64,000 nt of DNA from Bacillota bacterium (lineage in GTDB: Bacteria; Bacillota; Dehalobacteriia; UBA4068), in NCBI GenBank assembly GCA_030527285.1, contig JAUNBC010000006.1:1259-65258 (forward strand), given 5' to 3'. The notes under the pieces were generated by a model, which saw nothing but the letters and a program-made list of their open reading frames with translations, did no database searches and was not told the origin of the DNA. The translations under genes and the position numbers were made by a program. Positions 9,407 through 17,110 of this stretch are shown here, one piece after another; positions within the stretch are counted from its first letter, which is position 1, and the number at the start of each line of letters is the position of its first letter.

Positions 9407-9452
9407 GAGAAAAAACCGTTTTTTTCCCATATAAATAAAAAAGCCGAGCAAT

Positions 9453-9480
9453 TAAAAAAAAGAACGGCCAAAGCCGTCCT
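9453..9480 (-). terminator. Intrinsic terminator after the 149-aa gene
   Basis: GGACGGC-tttg-GCCGTTC followed by a T8 run on the minus strand. Confidence 0.7.
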
Positions 9481-9500
9481 TTTCTGAAACCGAGTATCAT

Positions 9501-9950
9501 TTATTGATTGGAAATCTGGTAAACGCAACCATCTATCAGCTTCAACAGCTCCAGCGCCGAGCGGAAATTGCGCGATACGCCCCGCTCCTGCCACAGCACC
9601 TGCCCCTGCCAGGAGACGTTCTGCCGCTGACGCAGCCGCACGATGAAGGTGGCCAGCTCGCCGCGCTGCTCGCGCACAAGCCGCGCCTCCATAAGCAGCG
9701 GCGGCAGCGGCGGCAGCGCCGGAGCCGCCTTCCGCTCGCTCCGGCCAAAGCTGCGCATCGCCTGCGTGGCCTGCGGCAAGCCCAGGCTCTCGTACAGCTC
9801 GTCCATCAGCAGCAGCGCGCGGCTGATATCGGCAAACTGCTGCGCGCCCGCGGCATAGCAATGATAAAGACGGCCGGCGACCATATGATGCTCAAAGCTA
9901 TCCACGCATAAACAGACGATATTCTCGATCTGCGGTAATATACGATTCAT
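9501..9950 (-). CDS. Uncharacterised 149-aa protein with two internal repeats of the FRSALELL-family domain
   Basis: C-half TFIVRL..WQGQVLW..FRSALELLKLIDG matches the 61-aa protein; directly downstream of the BTAD regulator. Confidence 0.8.
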   Translation of the reverse strand: MNRILPQIENIVCLCVDSFEHHMVAGRLYHCYAAGAQQFADISRALLLMDELYESLGLPQATQAMRSFGRSERKAAPALPPLPPLLMEARLVREQRGELATFIVRLRQRQNVSWQGQVLWQERGVSRNFRSALELLKLIDGCVYQISNQ

Positions 9951-9985
9951 CCTGGCACCTCATGCTGAAAATGGCGGCGGGCGGC

Positions 9986-11230
9986 TTACCAGCTCACCGT
10001 CGGCGAGAAGGAAACGCGGCCGTCGGCGATGGCGGCGGTATTGGCCGGCGTGATCTTGTATTGCAGGCGCACGCCGCGCCCGTGGTAGCGCTCCTGAAAC
10101 ACCTTGTCGATACGCTGCGAAACGATATCGCAATTCTCCTGCGAAATACCGATCAGCAGCGTCAGGAATTGCGAGGCCGAATAGCGCGTGTACAGGTCGC
10201 CGCGGCGCAGCGCCAGGCGAATGGCCTCATGCAGTCCGTCCACCACCTCCTGCATACGCGGGCCGGCCGTCAGCGCCACGCCGGCGGCGTCGGTGACGGT
10301 GACGCTCATCAGGAACACCGATTGACCGGTGCGCTCGATGATGCGCATGACGAAGCGGTAGCTGTCGATAAAGGTCAGATAATTGCAATAGAAGGCGCCG
10401 CTCTCGTCGCCGGCCTCCTGCAAGTCGCTCTTGATATCGTCAAGTATCGCCCAGGGGAACTGCGCGGCCTCGCGCATTTTCTTATACAGCGCGATCATCT
10501 TCTCGCCCGGGGATACGTTCAGCTCATTGAAGAACATCGAGGTCACCGCGTCATAGGCGGCCAGCGCCTCCTTGAAGCGCTTGAGCTCGAACAGGCAGCT
10601 GATGCGCAGCACCTGCACGTCCTCGTTATACAGGTCGATCTTGGCGGCGCGGTTGCAGATGGCGAGCAGCGTCTGATAATCCTTGCGCTCCGACAGCAGG
10701 CGGTACAGCTCATTGATCGCCTGAATGTACATCTTCTGATAGCGCACCGCTAATATCGACACCCAGCTCTCTATCGCCATACGCGGCAGGAAATCGCCCT
10801 TATACAGCTCCACGGCGCGCGTATAGCCGGCGATACGCGCATCGTCGTCGATATCGGGGCCGGAGGCCTGCTGAAAGGCCTTCTCAAACTCCTCGGTATC
10901 AATGACGGTCGGTATCTCGTTATTCCAAAAATAGACGCCGCGCCGGTAACAGATATAATCATAATCAGGCAGGCCGGCATTGGCCAGCAGCTTGCGCATA
11001 CGGTGGATGATGATCTTCAAGGCATTGCCGGGATTATCAATATCCTCCTCCTCGTACAGCAGCTCGATCAGCGAGTCGCGCGTGGCGCCCTTCTCGCGGT
11101 TGACCAGCAGGTATTGCAGCAGATACATCGCCTTGTTGTTGCGATTCTGCTCGATAGCCTGCGCGCCGTCCTCGGTGGAAATAGTGAAACCGCCAAACAT
11201 GCTGACCCTGATCGTCTCCAATAGAGCCAT
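9986..11230 (-). CDS. SARP-family regulator: winged HTH, BTAD domain and degenerate GGDEF domain
   Basis: IRVSMFGGF...LLQYLLVN...RDSLIELL...IHRMRK (AfsR/DnrI-type wHTH); ELYKGDFL and ELNVSPG (BTAD); LRRGDLYTRYSASQF aligns with RxxD-xxx-RxGGDEF. RBS GGGAGGAG. Confidence 0.88.
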   Translation of the reverse strand: MALLETIRVSMFGGFTISTEDGAQAIEQNRNNKAMYLLQYLLVNREKGATRDSLIELLYEEEDIDNPGNALKIIIHRMRKLLANAGLPDYDYICYRRGVYFWNNEIPTVIDTEEFEKAFQQASGPDIDDDARIAGYTRAVELYKGDFLPRMAIESWVSILAVRYQKMYIQAINELYRLLSERKDYQTLLAICNRAAKIDLYNEDVQVLRISCLFELKRFKEALAAYDAVTSMFFNELNVSPGEKMIALYKKMREAAQFPWAILDDIKSDLQEAGDESGAFYCNYLTFIDSYRFVMRIIERTGQSVFLMSVTVTDAAGVALTAGPRMQEVVDGLHEAIRLALRRGDLYTRYSASQFLTLLIGISQENCDIVSQRIDKVFQERYHGRGVRLQYKITPANTAAIADGRVSFSPTVSW

Positions 11231-11294
11231 AAGCACACTCCTCCCAAGCCAGACTGTTCATGAACGGAAATATAGTATATCCCTATATAAACTA

Positions 11295-11323
11295 ATTATA
11301 CGCAACAGGGTGTTATATGTCAA
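11295..11323 (-). promoter_or_regulatory. Consensus sigma-A promoter of the regulator
   Basis: TTGACA-N17-TATAAT, perfect match. Confidence 0.85.
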
Positions 11324-11359
11324 CACAAACAACAAATGCCGCGTTATCATTGCGAAACT

Positions 11360-11381
11360 ATGTAACCATATTGCGTAACTC
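11360..11381 (+). promoter_or_regulatory. Third copy of the GTAAC repeat motif, inverted, upstream of the regulator promoter
   Basis: ATGTAAC-CATATTGC-GTAACTC (8-nt spacer instead of 7). Confidence 0.5.
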
Positions 11382-11395
11382 TTTTGCGTCGGCGC

Positions 11396-11424
11396 AAAAA
11401 AAGGCGGCCGGCGGCCGCCTTTTT
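11396..11424 (-). terminator. Bidirectional terminator after the symporter
   Basis: AAAAAAGGCGGCC-ggc-GGCCGCCTTTTT. Confidence 0.75.
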
Positions 11425-11447
11425 GCCTTTTCGCAGATAAGAGCTTA

Positions 11448-12824
11448 TCAAGCGTTGCCGCGGCGTTTCAGCCTTAACATCACAAACAGCATCAGCGCCA
11501 GATAGGCCAGCGCCAGCAGCAGCGTGACGAAAGCCATAAAGGCCGAGCTGGCGGCCAGGCCGACCAGCACCAGTATCGGCGCGCCGAGCAAAATGCCGAA
11601 GCTGGTGCCGAGGATCAGATTATTCGAAGCCGGCGTGCGGTAATTGGGGTCGATCTCGCGCAGCAGCAGCACGCCGGAGCTGATAGTACCGGTGAGCATG
11701 CCGAACATCGAGACAAAGCCCTCGTGATAGTACTCGGGGTAAAGCCTTTTGCATATCCATCTGAGGTAAAGGAAGGTGCCGACGCCGCCGAGTATCGCCA
11801 TCAGCAAAAACGGCGTCCACAAGCCTTGCAGCTCCTCGATCCTGATCGAGACGATGCCGGTGATCACCATCGCGTCAAAAGCCGCTCCGGCGATGCGCGA
11901 CAGCAGGTAATTGTTCTGATACTGGCGCGTCATCACCTTATACTTGCGCAGGCCGACGAACACGGCGCGCAGACCGATGGCGATACCGGTGCCGATGATG
12001 AAGTTGAAGCCCCAGATCAGCGAGTTGAGCAGGCCGCCCACGCCGGCGGCGGTGAACAGCGTGGTCAGCACCCACGCCATCACGTAGGTCAGGCCGTACA
12101 CGACCATCACCAGCGCCATCTGCATCGAAAAACGGTCTACCGATTCAGAGATCGGTATCTCGTTATCGTTCTGGAACTCGTCCAGCGTTACCGAGCCGGA
12201 AATATCCAGCGCGTTATTGCGCTTGACCAGACCCTTTTGCTGCAAATAATTGAGATAGATAACGCCGCATACGCAGGCCACGAGGAAGCCGGCGGCCGCC
12301 AGCGACAGGCCGAAGCTCTGCCCGCCGACGAAGCCGAGATTTTCATAGGTGATGCCGATATTATTGGCCTGACCGGGGCCTTGCCCGTAGGCCATCGGCA
12401 GCAGTATGCCCGCCGCCTTGAACATACCCGGCATAAAGGTATAGGCCAGGCCCAGCGATATCACCAGGCCGATGACCGCCTGCACCAGATAGGTGGAGAC
12501 GATCAGCGCGCCCGATTTAAGGCCGATCAGCCGCCCCTTCTCATTGACCGACAACGGCTTGGGCACGCGCAGAGCCAGCGCGATAAAGCCCAGAGCTATC
12601 GCATGATAGGTGATAGTCTCCATGAAGTCGATATTGATCGGCAGCACGTTCAGATAGCGCAGAGCCAGCGCGATGAAGCCCGCCAGCACCGCCGTGGGCA
12701 TCAGGCTTTTGCGCACCACCGGCAGCTTGCGCCGCAGCACGTTGGCCAGCAGCATCAGCGCGCAGACGATAGCGATCTGCAAAATGCCGCCCCAGAGGTT
12801 AGTATTCGCAGCAGAAAAATCCAT
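11448..12824 (-). CDS. Sodium:glutamate symporter (GltS/ESS) family membrane protein
   Basis: About 12 TM helices; PTAVLAG, GQGPGQA and FGMLTGTISSG loop motifs. Confidence 0.7.
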   Translation of the reverse strand: MDFSAANTNLWGGILQIAIVCALMLLANVLRRKLPVVRKSLMPTAVLAGFIALALRYLNVLPINIDFMETITYHAIALGFIALALRVPKPLSVNEKGRLIGLKSGALIVSTYLVQAVIGLVISLGLAYTFMPGMFKAAGILLPMAYGQGPGQANNIGITYENLGFVGGQSFGLSLAAAGFLVACVCGVIYLNYLQQKGLVKRNNALDISGSVTLDEFQNDNEIPISESVDRFSMQMALVMVVYGLTYVMAWVLTTLFTAAGVGGLLNSLIWGFNFIIGTGIAIGLRAVFVGLRKYKVMTRQYQNNYLLSRIAGAAFDAMVITGIVSIRIEELQGLWTPFLLMAILGGVGTFLYLRWICKRLYPEYYHEGFVSMFGMLTGTISSGVLLLREIDPNYRTPASNNLILGTSFGILLGAPILVLVGLAASSAFMAFVTLLLALAYLALMLFVMLRLKRRGNA

Positions 12825-12869
12825 AGTAGACCTCCTTGTAGAACAAAAATACCGCCGCCAACAGGCGGA

Positions 12870-14258
12870 TCATTTGCCTTTTAACGCCTGATACAGATGC
12901 ACGTACTTGATCGCCGAGCGCGGATGATCGGAGCGCGCCTCATACTGCTCGCCGCCGGCGCTGAAGGTCAGCAGCATCTGCGATATGGCCGCCATGCCGG
13001 TGATCTCGTCGAGCGCAAAATGGAACTCCCGCGCGCCAGCCCGTCCATAAACGTCGCCATACTGCGTTGCGGCCAAAGACCCGCTGGGGATTTGCGAATT
13101 TTCATACTCCCGCGCGCCAGCCCGTCCATAAACGTCGCCATACTGCGTTGCGGCCAACGACCCGCTTCGGTCACGTACTTTATTATGTACGCTCCCTTGC
13201 AGGTCATTGTCCGCGCCTTGTCTGGCTTGTTTCTGAACGCGCTGGGGGATTAAGGCAAAATGCAGCCCCGCGCGGTCAAGGCTCATCGCGCCCACGCCCA
13301 GCGCGTCGAGCTGCGCGCCGTTGACCCGATACAGGCTCTGCCCGCGCCGCTCGCCGGCCAGCACGCCCGGCCGCCGCTCGATATAGGCGGGCAGCTGCCG
13401 CTGCTGCCAATCGAACCATTGCTGTATGGTGGCAAACGGCGGCTCGCCGCCTTCCGCGGCGGCAAAGCAGCCGTATTCGTCCAGGCGCAAACGCAGGCCG
13501 CAATCGCAAAAAAAGAGGTCGCCGCGGCTGTGCAGGCGGCCGCTCTCGCCGCAGGCCGGACACAGATACAGAGCCGTCTCCAGCGATTCGGCCATTTGCT
13601 CGCCGGGATAGGCCCTGGGCGCGCGCCGCTGGTCTTCATAGAAATCACAATGCAGGTCGCGCTCGATCAGCTCCTGCACCTGCTGATTAGTCATCGCGGC
13701 CAATTCCTCGGGCGCGTACTCATGTATCACCCGGCCGTAAAGACGGCCGCGGCGCTTCTTTTTGGACCAGCGCGGCCATACTAAATAGGCGTCGGAAAGA
13801 CGGTAGGTGATCAGCGCCACGCCGCTCATCCGCGCCAACCGTCCGGCGCTGTCGGCAATGGGCATGGTGCGTCCGCCCCAGGAGCGTTCGCCCTCGATGA
13901 ATATCGTCACCGGATAGCCGGCCTTGAGCACGCGCAGTATCTCCATCGCGCATTGCGCGTCGGTATGCCCCTTGGCGCGCCAGATCGGCCGCTGCAAAAA
14001 CGTGATCAGCCGCCCTATCCAGCCCCAATGGCTGATATGCGCGGAAGCCACGAAGTATGAATGCGCGCGCAGAGAATTGACCACTACCAGCATGTCCATA
14101 TCGGTATAATGATTGGACATCAGCAGGAAGGTCTTATGCCTGGGTATGTATTTATCGCTGCGAAAGCCGATCAGACAATGCGAGATCGCCCGCACCAAAG
14201 GCCGCGCCGCGCGATAAGCAAAGCGATGCCATCTGTTTTGTGCCGCTGTTAGCTTCAT
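12870..14258 (-). CDS. Lysophospholipid acyltransferase (PlsC-like) with a C-terminal Zn-ribbon extension, carrying an in-frame palindromic insertion
   Basis: NHYTDMD (HxxxxD), FIEGERSWGG, LYLCPACG..FFCDCG. Confidence 0.75.
   Translation of the reverse strand: MKLTAAQNRWHRFAYRAARPLVRAISHCLIGFRSDKYIPRHKTFLLMSNHYTDMDMLVVVNSLRAHSYFVASAHISHWGWIGRLITFLQRPIWRAKGHTDAQCAMEILRVLKAGYPVTIFIEGERSWGGRTMPIADSAGRLARMSGVALITYRLSDAYLVWPRWSKKKRRGRLYGRVIHEYAPEELAAMTNQQVQELIERDLHCDFYEDQRRAPRAYPGEQMAESLETALYLCPACGESGRLHSRGDLFFCDCGLRLRLDEYGCFAAAEGGEPPFATIQQWFDWQQRQLPAYIERRPGVLAGERRGQSLYRVNGAQLDALGVGAMSLDRAGLHFALIPQRVQKQARQGADNDLQGSVHNKVRDRSGSLAATQYGDVYGRAGAREYENSQIPSGSLAATQYGDVYGRAGAREFHFALDEITGMAAISQMLLTFSAGGEQYEARSDHPRSAIKYVHLYQALKGK
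13023..13254 (-). mobile_element. Palindromic repeat element inserted in frame in the acyltransferase gene, with a 61-bp 3' part duplicated at an 81-bp period
   Basis: 13205-13239 is the exact reverse complement of 18981-19015; 13025-13085 and 13106-13166 differ by 1 nt. Confidence 0.8.
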
Positions 14259-14375
14259 ATTCACCCGTATATTTCCGACTGCAATTATTTTAGCCCATAG
14301 GCGGCGAAAAAGCAAGGTTTTTGCTCAGGCGTGCTCAGGCGTATTGATTCGCGCCCAACGCGCCTGCGCGCCCAT

Positions 14376-15422
14376 TTACGGCTGCGCCGCGCGATAGCAA
14401 ATTTCGTAGCTGTATCCCGCGCCCTCGTCCAGCGCAAACCGCGCCGCCGCGCCCTCGGTGGCGGTGACGCGCCGCTGCTCGTCGATCAGCAGCAGCTCGA
14501 TATCGTCATGGGCGCGCCAATAGTCAAGCGCCGCCTCGCGCCCCATAACGAACAGCGCCGTTGACAGCGCGTCGGCCGACGCGCCGTCCGCGCATAGCAC
14601 CGTCACCGACAGCAGGCCGCTGTCGGCGGGATAGCCGTCCGCCGGGTCGAGCAGATGATGATAGCGCCGCCCCCCGGCCTCAAAATAGCGCTGATAGCCG
14701 CCGGAGGTCACCGCCGCGCCGTCGGTCAGCTCGATCACGCCCAACACCTGCTGCGGCGCCAGCGGGTCGGTGAGGCCGACGCGCCACGGGCTGCCGTCGG
14801 GACGCGCGCCCAGGGCCTGCACATTGCCGCCCAGCGAGATGATGCCGTGCTCCACGCCCAGCTCGCGCCAGGCGTCGATCACCCGCTGCGCCGCGTCGCC
14901 CTTGGCGATACCGCCGAGGTCGATGGCATAACCGGCGGGCATGGTCAGCGTATCGCCGTCCAGCCGCAGCGCCCGATAGCCGACGCTATCCAGCAGCTCG
15001 GCGATACGCTGCGGCTCGGGCAGCTGATAGTCGCCGTCGGGGAAACCCCATTCGCGCATCAGCGGATAGACGCTGATATCGAAAGCGCCGCCGGTAGCCG
15101 CCGCTATGTCCAGCGCGGCAGCGAGCAGCGCCGCGCTGTCCGCCGATAACCGCACCGGCGCGCCGTTCGCCTGATTGCAGGCGTAAACTTCGCTGCCCTC
15201 AAGCGTGGCGGATAAGCGCCGCTCCGCCTCGTTGATCATGCTCTCTCCCAGCGGCAGCGCCTGAGCGGCCAGCGGGCCGTAGGCGTTGAGCGCGATCAGC
15301 GTATCCATGGCGAACAGCTCCAGGCTGTAACCCTCGTCCGCAGCGTCCGCCGGCTGCTGCTCCGGCTCGGCGCAGGCCGCCAGGCCGAGCGTCAGTGCCA
15401 GCAGCAGCGCCAGCAGCGCCAT
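14376..15422 (-). CDS. apbE: FAD:protein FMN transferase lipoprotein
   Basis: Lipobox LAAC; FAMDT, IDLGGIAKG, VTSGGYQRY, HHLLDP, ADALST. Confidence 0.88.
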   Translation of the reverse strand: MALLALLLALTLGLAACAEPEQQPADAADEGYSLELFAMDTLIALNAYGPLAAQALPLGESMINEAERRLSATLEGSEVYACNQANGAPVRLSADSAALLAAALDIAAATGGAFDISVYPLMREWGFPDGDYQLPEPQRIAELLDSVGYRALRLDGDTLTMPAGYAIDLGGIAKGDAAQRVIDAWRELGVEHGIISLGGNVQALGARPDGSPWRVGLTDPLAPQQVLGVIELTDGAAVTSGGYQRYFEAGGRRYHHLLDPADGYPADSGLLSVTVLCADGASADALSTALFVMGREAALDYWRAHDDIELLLIDEQRRVTATEGAAARFALDEGAGYSYEICYRAAQP

Positions 15423-15489
15423 AGCGCCGCGTGAGGACGTCCGCAAACACACAGCTCCGCCTATGCGCGGCTCAATTCCGGCTAAGCGC

Positions 15490-16029
15490 CTACACATGCG
15501 CCGCACCCAGCGCGCGCCGGTACAGCTCCGTATATACCAGCCGTCCGGCCTGCCGCTCGGAGCAAAACAGCGATACGCCGCGCACCGTCTGCGTAAACGC
15601 CGGCAGCGACGCGCCGTAAGCGCGCTCGTCAAAGCCCTGCGCCGCCGCCTCGCGCAGCAGCGTCAGATGCGGGCGAAAGGGGCGCTGCTCGATGACGAAG
15701 CCCTGCGCGCGCAGGGCTTCGGCCAGCCGCTTTTGCAGCGTCAGTAAGGGCGGGCAGGGCTCTGCGCCCAGCCACAGCACGTCGCCGCCCGCGCGCTTAA
15801 ACCGCCCCAGCTTGGAGAAGCGCAGCTCAAAGGCGGGCGCGTCGAAGCCGCCGAGCAGCGTCATCAGCTCGCCCGCGCGCGTGCTCTCGCCGATAAAGGC
15901 CAGCGTCAGGTGATAGTTCTCGCGCCGCGTGCGCCGCGCGTACGGCAATTGCCGCTCGATGGCGGCGGACAATTCATCAAGGCGCGTCTTTAATTCCTCG
16001 TCCAGATCTACGGCAATAAATAAACGCAT
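15490..16029 (-). CDS. thpR: RNA 2',3'-cyclic phosphodiesterase (2H family)
   Basis: MRLFIAV start; two HxT motifs (HLTLAF, HLTLLR). Confidence 0.88.
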   Translation of the reverse strand: MRLFIAVDLDEELKTRLDELSAAIERQLPYARRTRRENYHLTLAFIGESTRAGELMTLLGGFDAPAFELRFSKLGRFKRAGGDVLWLGAEPCPPLLTLQKRLAEALRAQGFVIEQRPFRPHLTLLREAAAQGFDERAYGASLPAFTQTVRGVSLFCSERQAGRLVYTELYRRALGAAHV

Positions 16030-16098
16030 TTGCGTTATCCCTTCCAAGCTCGCGTGGTTTTATATTTATTCTTGATTCAACATATAATATCCTTTTAC

Positions 16099-16127
16099 TT
16101 GAAATTTGCCGCCGATAGGTATATACT
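16099..16127 (+). promoter_or_regulatory. Sigma-A-type promoter
   Basis: TTGAAA-N17-TATACT. Confidence 0.6.
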
Positions 16128-16219
16128 GTTTATCGTATCAGAAATTATAAAGGGAAGTTTTTTTCTTTTCCCGCTTTGAACGGCAAACAGTTTTTTCTGG
16201 AGGGATGTGCATTGATTCG

Positions 16220-17110
16220 ATGACAGAACAGCCGACAACACAACGCAAAAGGCGCTTCGGCGACCGTCCCGACGGCTGGCTGGTCCGCGACGATGACGCG
16301 CTGCACAAGATCATGCCCTATCTGCTGCGCAATCGTGCCGACGCCGAGGCCTTTGTACAGGAGAGCATAGACCTGACCCAGCTCAACGCCTATTTGGAGC
16401 AAAAGAACGCCAACCATGACGGCTACAAATACTCGATATTCCAGGTCGTGTGCGCCGCCATACTCAAGACCGTGATCCTGCGCCCCAAGCTCAACCGCTT
16501 CATTCAAGGGCGGCGCGTCTATGAGCGCAACAATCTGTCGCTGGCCTTTGTCGCCAAGAACCAATTCAGCGACGATGGCGGCGAAAGCCTGCTGATGCTG
16601 CGTTTTCAGCAGGATGACAACCTTGAGACTATCCATCAGGCCATCGACAAACACGTACATAAGGTGCGCGACGGCGACGACGATCATACCACCGATATCA
16701 TTAACGTCGTCACCAAAATGCCGCGCTGGCTGCTGCGCATCTTCATCCAGATACTGCGCTTTCTCGACTATTACGGACGAGTGCCGCAGGCTCTGGTCTA
16801 TGACGAGCCCAATTTCGCCAGCGTGTTCCTCTCCAATTTCGGCTCGATCAAGCTCAACGCCGGATATCATCATCTGAACAACTGGGGCACCAATTCGCTG
16901 TTCCTCGTGATCGGCGAGAAGCATCTCGCCCCCTATTATTCCGCCGACGGCACGGTGGAGATGCGCGATACGCTGCCCATCGGCGTAACTCTGGACGAGC
17001 GCATCGCCGACGGCTACTATTATGCCAAGAGCGTGCATTTATTTAAGTATTTAATGGAGCACCCGCAATTATTGGAAGCACCCTTTTCTCAGGAGGTAAA
17101 TTATGAATGA
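16220..17110 (+). CDS. Stand-alone 2-oxoacid dehydrogenase acyltransferase catalytic-domain-like protein
   Basis: VFLSNFGSI and TLDERIADGYY resemble the E2/CAT-fold motifs; no lipoyl domain. Confidence 0.65.
   Translation: MTEQPTTQRKRRFGDRPDGWLVRDDDALHKIMPYLLRNRADAEAFVQESIDLTQLNAYLEQKNANHDGYKYSIFQVVCAAILKTVILRPKLNRFIQGRRVYERNNLSLAFVAKNQFSDDGGESLLMLRFQQDDNLETIHQAIDKHVHKVRDGDDDHTTDIINVVTKMPRWLLRIFIQILRFLDYYGRVPQALVYDEPNFASVFLSNFGSIKLNAGYHHLNNWGTNSLFLVIGEKHLAPYYSADGTVEMRDTLPIGVTLDERIADGYYYAKSVHLFKYLMEHPQLLEAPFSQEVNYE

Noticed and set aside
11724-12884. Long antisense ORFs, for example 11724-12884, 17130-18668, 24193-25299, 31282-32541, 42320-43399 and 52828-53841
   Set aside because: Shadow frames opposite well-supported genes, typical of high-GC DNA, with no motifs or RBS.
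13025-13166. CRISPR-like repeat-spacer-repeat
   Set aside because: Only two 61-bp copies with a 20-nt gap, inside a CDS, part of a dispersed element, and no cas genes.
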